64,000 bases of DNA from an uncultured cyanobacterium (GTDB lineage: Bacteria > Cyanobacteriota > Cyanobacteriia > Pseudanabaenales > Pseudanabaenaceae), in contig OY969811.1 of NCBI GenBank assembly GCA_963703315.1, positions 2,240,001 through 2,304,000 of the forward strand. The letters run 5' to 3'. A model generated the notes under the pieces. It was given only the letters and a program-made list of their open reading frames with translations, did not search any database and was not told the origin of the DNA. Below, piece after piece: positions 58,778 to 64,000 of this stretch. Positions within the stretch are counted from its first letter, which is position 1, and the number at the start of each line of letters is the position of its first letter. A program made the position numbers and the translations under genes.

Positions 58778-59237
58778 CTTTATTTTTGTCCTCTCTGACT
58801 TACTTTCAAGCTTGAGTAAGTCTTAGTTTTTTGATTATGATCTGGCGTAATCTATTCATGATATATGGTTTCATGGACTTCTTTAGAATTTCCCATCTGC
58901 TGCGATGTACAGAGATGATAAATGCCGTAAGAGAAAAATTTTAGACTATACGAAAGATGTACAAGTTCAGATGTGTCAGTCGTATTGAATTATAATTGCT
59001 AAACTGAAGTTCATGTATTACTCTTTTTAATCTAGGGAAAATAAGTATTTTGATTACAAATGCCTTAGAGTTGCGATAAAGTAACTCAAAAACTTTTATG
59101 GTTTAGAATACAAAAATTAGCGGGCTTAGAAAAGTAATGATATAGCTTGTTCAGCTTTGTACATCATTAATTATGAAAAATATTGCCTTTAGCACCACCC
59201 AAAAGTTCTATATGATGCCGTTTTTAAGTGGGGAATT

Positions 59238-60356
59238 ATGAGAATAGCTTTAGTCCATGACTATCTAACACAAAGGGGTGGCGCTGAAAGGGTATTTGAA
59301 CAACTATGTACACATTTCCCAACTGCGGATATTTATACATCTATCTACGATCCCCGACATACGATTGACTTAGGCGATCGCCCAGTTCATACAACTTGGT
59401 TACAAAAAATTCCTGCAACCCGCAAATACTTTCGACTATTTGCGCCTTTTTACTATGCCGCCTTTAGATCTTTAAATCTTAAGGACTACGACTTAATCAT
59501 AAGTAGCAGTTCCAGTTTTTCTAAAGGAGTACAAAAAAGACCTGATGCTGTGCATATCTGCTTTTGCCATAACATCACTCGGTTTCTTTGGGATACCGAT
59601 ACTTACTTACGAGGTTACGGTACATATAGCTTTTTACAACCCTTGATTGAGCTAGTTTTTAAGGTTATGCGACATCAGGATTGTGTATATGCTCAATCTC
59701 CTGACTATTACATCGCTAATTCCAATATCGTAGCCAAACGCATTCAAGATGTGTACAAAAAAGACGCTCTAGTCTTCAACTATCCAATTGCCGCCCAGCG
59801 ATTTACCTTTTCAGATCAAAAAGATGACTATTCTTTAGTTTGTTCACGACACATTAGCTACAAGAGACTCGATATTATCGTTGAAGCATTTAATGAATTA
59901 GGATTACCTTTAATCATTACAGGTGATGGACCGAAAATGAAAGAGTTGCAAGCCCAAGCCCATAGCAACATTAAGTTTCTGGGTCATGTGAATGATCTCG
60001 AACGTTGTCATTTAATGTCTAAGGCAAAATTTGTGATTGTAGCAGCTTTAGAAGATTATGGACTTGTGCCGATTGAAGCCAATGCTAGTGGTACGCCTGT
60101 AATCGCCTATGGTGCTGGGGGAGTTCTCGATACACAAATTTCAGGTGTAACAGGAATTTTATTTGAGAAGCAAACGGCTGAATCTCTCAGAGACGCGATG
60201 ATTGAAGCTCAAAAGGTTGATTGGAACTATGCAAAAATTAGAGACCATGCTATTTCTAATTTTTCCGAGGAGATCTTCTTCAAGAAAGTTGATCATCTAT
60301 TAGAACAACTATTTAGCTCTAAATATAGCAATATACAAGTTAAGCAAGAAGTTTGA
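59238..60356 (+). CDS. Glycosyltransferase family 4
   Basis: VHDYL...GGAERV, YKR.D..VEAF, EDYGLVPIEA.ASGTPVIAY. Confidence 0.9.
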   Translation: MRIALVHDYLTQRGGAERVFEQLCTHFPTADIYTSIYDPRHTIDLGDRPVHTTWLQKIPATRKYFRLFAPFYYAAFRSLNLKDYDLIISSSSSFSKGVQKRPDAVHICFCHNITRFLWDTDTYLRGYGTYSFLQPLIELVFKVMRHQDCVYAQSPDYYIANSNIVAKRIQDVYKKDALVFNYPIAAQRFTFSDQKDDYSLVCSRHISYKRLDIIVEAFNELGLPLIITGDGPKMKELQAQAHSNIKFLGHVNDLERCHLMSKAKFVIVAALEDYGLVPIEANASGTPVIAYGAGGVLDTQISGVTGILFEKQTAESLRDAMIEAQKVDWNYAKIRDHAISNFSEEIFFKKVDHLLEQLFSSKYSNIQVKQEV

Positions 60357-60359
60357 CCC

Positions 60360-60440
60360 AAAAGACTGATAGCGGCGCTTCGCGCCGCTATCAATCTTTT
60401 CGGTTTTAATTTGTCCTAACTTACTCAGGCATTGCGATAT
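60360..60440. repeat. Palindromic intergenic element
   Basis: aaaagactgatagcggcgc-ttc-gcgccgctatcaatctttt followed by the family flank ttgtcctaa. Confidence 0.7.
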
Positions 60441-62047
60441 TAGTCATTACGTTTAAATGTGTCTAGCCATTCACGTAATTGTTGGGAAGCAATATCTTTG
60501 CCTCCAAGTCCAAAAGCAACAGCGATCGCTACGGCAATGGCTCCAGTTAACAAGCCGAACGCTAGATCGACAATATTACTGGCAATACCCATTTGCTTGA
60601 GTGCCATTGCGGTAATCAAGGCAACAATAGAAATCCGTGCCGCATGACCGAGAATTCTTGCTTGTCTGCCACCTGTGCTAGTAATCAGGTTGAAGGCAAG
60701 ATTGGCAAGGTATAGACCGATCGCAAAAATAATCACGCCGCTTAGTACTTGACCTGCAACTTGTAAGACTCCAAAGACAATGCGGGTAAGGGCATTAATT
60801 TGCAGAACATCGGTTGCAGTGGCGATCGCCACTAACATAATCGCAAGAAATACGATGATTCCGACAATTTGCGAAGGTGTTTGGGGTGGTAATGAAGTTA
60901 CAGAACCATTTTCCGTATCTTCATAAATTCGCGATTCCATCGGTGTTGCCGCGATCGCAGGGAATCCCAACCATTGCAAAATATTGTTGAAGCCTAAGCC
61001 TGTGAGAATCCCAGAAATGATATCTCTGGCAAACTGTCCAAAGAAATAGGCGATCGTGAGAATGGCACTCGCCACGAAGATTTGAGGCAAGAATCGCAAT
61101 ACTTGATCAAGCATTGCTGTTGCTGGACGGGAGATTGCCGCAACTTCCAATGCTTCTAAGGCAGAGATGGCGGTGGGAATGAGAATCAGAATATATAGAA
61201 AGTTCCCAACCACCTGAGAGAATCTATATTCAGTTTGACTATTAGTCCAACGGCGCAGGAATTGATCGGCACCACTAGTAGCTAAGAGATTGGTGACAAT
61301 GCGTTTCACCACTTGAGCAATTAACCAACCAATACCACCAATAATCACTGCCTTGAGGATTTTGGGTAAGGCACTCAAAATTTGATTAACCAAATTTTGT
61401 AAAGGCTGAAGTGCTTGCACTAGACCAAGAGTATCGAGGATCAGTGGCAAAAACAGTAGCAAGATGAACCAATATAAAGCGGAAGCTAAAGTTTCGCTGA
61501 GAGGTATGGTATTGCTGGTTGTAACACTTTCACTGGTGAGATCGATGGGGTCATTTACTTGAGAATTGACTTTAGTATCAATCTGCGCCGATCGCAAAAA
61601 GCGACTGACGATCACCTTACTGATAGTTGCTAAGATCCACGCAATGCCTGCTAAAATTGCTGCCCCACCAAGTTTAGGCAGAAATGAGGCGATCTGTCCT
61701 AATAAACCATTTAACGGCGTGGCAACGGCATCTAATTTCAGAAATTGGAAGAAACCAACTAAGGTAAAAAGTAAGATAATCCAAAAAACCGTAGCACTAG
61801 CCCATTTCTCAATGGGGAAATCACTACGAGAACCTGTTAACCAATTGGCAAGTTTATTATCAATGTCTGTACGCTTCATAGCGTTTTCGGTGATCGAGGC
61901 GAAGAAGATCGCCACTACCCAGCCACCGACAAGAATGGCGATCGCTATAACAAGTTGAAATACAATTCCATCAGGCTTGAGCAGATCTTCAACTGCAAAA
62001 CTCCTAGATGTGGAGGTTTGAGCTAATAAATAAGAAAAATCGCGCAT
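60440..62047 (-). CDS. TM-helix-repeat (CmpX/mechanosensitive-channel-associated) membrane protein
   Basis: Repeated FLP....A..I...GW.IA units and terminal AIAVAFGLGG. Confidence 0.8.
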   Translation of the reverse strand: MRDFSYLLAQTSTSRSFAVEDLLKPDGIVFQLVIAIAILVGGWVVAIFFASITENAMKRTDIDNKLANWLTGSRSDFPIEKWASATVFWIILLFTLVGFFQFLKLDAVATPLNGLLGQIASFLPKLGGAAILAGIAWILATISKVIVSRFLRSAQIDTKVNSQVNDPIDLTSESVTTSNTIPLSETLASALYWFILLLFLPLILDTLGLVQALQPLQNLVNQILSALPKILKAVIIGGIGWLIAQVVKRIVTNLLATSGADQFLRRWTNSQTEYRFSQVVGNFLYILILIPTAISALEALEVAAISRPATAMLDQVLRFLPQIFVASAILTIAYFFGQFARDIISGILTGLGFNNILQWLGFPAIAATPMESRIYEDTENGSVTSLPPQTPSQIVGIIVFLAIMLVAIATATDVLQINALTRIVFGVLQVAGQVLSGVIIFAIGLYLANLAFNLITSTGGRQARILGHAARISIVALITAMALKQMGIASNIVDLAFGLLTGAIAVAIAVAFGLGGKDIASQQLREWLDTFKRND

Positions 62048-62329
62048 ATTGCACCTTGCACTAAACAATCAAGGACGTATCCTCCTTCGTATATTAAGTG
62101 CAGTTACCGCTAAAAAATAGTCGTCAATACTTAAGTTTTAACAAGTAAAAACTATGTAAACCCTTAACAGTTAAGGGTTTACGCCTTCAAAAAAACTATT
62201 TTGAAGATTTATCACGTATATAGCGTTTTACAGTCTCGTGAAGTAAAGGATTGTTTCCTCGCCTTCGGCGAGGAAACAATCCTTATTTAGAAAAAGCAGC
62301 GCGTCGCGCTGCACCTCTTTTTTAGGTTT

Positions 62330-63340
62330 TTACTTTTTAGATTTCTTCTTCCCTTTAGTTGCTGAAAATATTTCTGACTGAGCAATTTCAGCATCAAGAA
62401 TAGTTTGTCCTGTCGCTGCTAAAAATACATCGTCAAGGCTAGGGCGTGATTGCGACAGGCTAAATACACTGATATCCACTGCCGCTAACATATTTTGAAT
62501 TTCACTAATGGCATTGATGTCAGGAGTAACAAACAAATTTACCGCATTACCCTGTGCCGCATTAATCGTAATACTCTGCACAATCGGTAGCTGTTGCAAA
62601 ATCTTTTGAGCTTGCTCAGCCTCATGGCGCTCGGCAAACTCCCGAATCCTAACAGTGATGCGATCGCCACCCACCTTAGTCTTTAACTCACTAGTTGTCC
62701 CTTCCGCAATAATTTTGCCTTTGTCAATGATGGCTACGCGATCGGCAAGAGCATCAATTTCTTCGAGGTAATGGCTAGAAATTAAGATTGTCACTCCTGA
62801 TGCTCGCAATTTGCGTAAAAATTCCCAAATCGCTAGCCGACTTTGAATGTCTAAGCCTACGGTTGGTTCATCAAGAATTAATACAGAGGGCTGATGTAAC
62901 AGTCCTGCGGCTAAATCTAAGCGTTTTTTTAAACCACCTGAATATGTCCCTGAAAGTTTGTCCGCATAAGGCTCTAGTTGCAGTAGGTCTAAAACACTAT
63001 CAATACGATCGCTAATTTGTTTGGGTGGGATGTGATACAAAGCTGCTTGAAAGCGTAATAACTCTCGTCCCGTTAAGACTTTATCAAGAGCGACTTCCTG
63101 TGCCACATAACCTAAGCGATCGCGAATTTCTCTAAGGTCGGTTGCGCCAGCTACTTCAACTAGCCCCGAATCAGGTGTGGTTAAGGTACAAATGCAGCGC
63201 ATTGTGGTGGTCTTACCTGCTCCATTGGGACCTAGTAGCCCATAGATTTGACCCTGTGTAACATTTAGAGAAATTCCATCTACGGCAATAGTCTCGCCAT
63301 AACTTTTCCTAAGATTTTCGATTCGTACTGCCGATTGCAT
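62330..63340 (-). CDS. ABC transporter ATP-binding protein (DrrA-like)
   Basis: GPNGAGKTT, YSGGLKKRLD, LDEPTVGLD, SHYLEE, PSLDDVFL..TG. Confidence 0.9.
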   Translation of the reverse strand: MQSAVRIENLRKSYGETIAVDGISLNVTQGQIYGLLGPNGAGKTTTMRCICTLTTPDSGLVEVAGATDLREIRDRLGYVAQEVALDKVLTGRELLRFQAALYHIPPKQISDRIDSVLDLLQLEPYADKLSGTYSGGLKKRLDLAAGLLHQPSVLILDEPTVGLDIQSRLAIWEFLRKLRASGVTILISSHYLEEIDALADRVAIIDKGKIIAEGTTSELKTKVGGDRITVRIREFAERHEAEQAQKILQQLPIVQSITINAAQGNAVNLFVTPDINAISEIQNMLAAVDISVFSLSQSRPSLDDVFLAATGQTILDAEIAQSEIFSATKGKKKSKK

Positions 63341-63409
63341 AGATGTATCTAAGTTATTACGTTCACTCTAGATATTTTGACCTATTTTTTGGGCGATCGC
63401 CAAATAAAA

Positions 63410-63552
63410 CTAAAAAGCGAGTGGCGGTGCTTCGCGCCGCTTCTCGCTTTTGGGGGAGCAAGCGCCGCTTATGCCACAGGGCTTCAATCTAGTACAAATC
63501 AAAACTCAATAAGTGAGTTGCGGCGCTTCGCGCCGCAACTCACTTATTGGTT
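63410..63552. repeat. Stacked palindromic elements
   Basis: aaaagcgagtggcggtgc-ttc-gcgccgcttctcgctttt and caataagtgagttgcggcgc-ttc-gcgccgcaactcacttattg. Confidence 0.7.
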
Positions 63553-64000
63553 TTTTGGATAAATTCATTAATGCCATTGCGGTAAATTTCACTTGAGTCT
63601 AAAAATCCACCATTGTGATCGCCGCGTAGTTTGACTAAAGTTTTGGGTGCATTGGCAACTTGAAAGTTGCGATCGCCATGATGAAACGGAATAATCTCGT
63701 CATCAATGCTGTGCATGATCAGAACAGGAATTTTAATATTTGGTAAGCGATCTCTCGAATTGTAATTAAATCTTGATAGTAAGTGGATTGGCAAAAACGG
63801 ATAAAGCTCGGCGGCGCGATCGCTAATAGATGTAAAAGTAGATGCGAGAATCAGACCTGCTGCGGAATTTTGAGAATTTTGTTGTGTAGTAGTTTGCACG
63901 ATGTAAGAAGCGATCGCCCCACCCAGAGATTCGCCATAGACAATAATTTTTTGCGGCGGAATTTTGCGCTCTTGGGTGAGATATTGCCATGCAGCTTCGA
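63540..64000 (-). CDS. Alpha/beta hydrolase (BEM46/ABHD13-like), 5' end outside the window
   Basis: Frame stays open to the edge: EAAWQYLTQERKIPPQKIIVYGESLGGAIA...HSIDDEIIP...GDHN. Confidence 0.85.
   Translation of the reverse strand, partial: EAAWQYLTQERKIPPQKIIVYGESLGGAIASYIVQTTTQQNSQNSAAGLILASTFTSISDRAAELYPFLPIHLLSRFNYNSRDRLPNIKIPVLIMHSIDDEIIPFHHGDRNFQVANAPKTLVKLRGDHNGGFLDSSEIYRNGINEFIQKTNK

Noticed and set aside
58778..59237. Genomic island integrated at tRNA-Leu
   Set aside because: No integrase or duplicated tRNA 3' end seen in the window.
63377..63562. 61-aa ORF
   Set aside because: Composed of palindromic repeat sequence.
1..64000. High GCGATCGC density as a novel repeat
   Set aside because: This is the well-known cyanobacterial HIP1. 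It is used here only as a rough, by-eye marker of native versus acquired DNA.

Overview
64 kb of a low-GC, HIP1 (GCGATCGC)-rich cyanobacterial chromosome. The gene content and dense intergenic palindromes look Pseudanabaena-like, but that assignment is inference. The backbone is housekeeping: nadC, chlH, two Tic20 genes, prmC, serA, priA, umuD-like, desD-like desaturase, gltD, bolA, xth, mobA, intein-containing gyrB, cobG-cobW-hupE/ureJ behind a cobalamin riboswitch, and an intron-less tRNA-Leu(UAA). Accessory parts: (1) a ~5 kb toxin-antitoxin/defence island (12.3-17.6 kb) whose first modules are each delimited by a conserved ~40-bp paired-HIP1 repeat, like a cassette array, with one VapC truncated exactly at the repeat; (2) a HIP1-free RelA/SpoT-synthetase-domain gene with a low-complexity 'PIQRQ' N-terminus plus a small downstream partner (candidate toxin-immunity pair); (3) an intact IS701-like element and two MITEs with target-site duplications; (4) a small dispersed repeat that also sits in-frame inside priA and cobG; (5) a family of covarying palindromic intergenic elements. 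All family assignments come from motif recognition by eye; no database searches were run.
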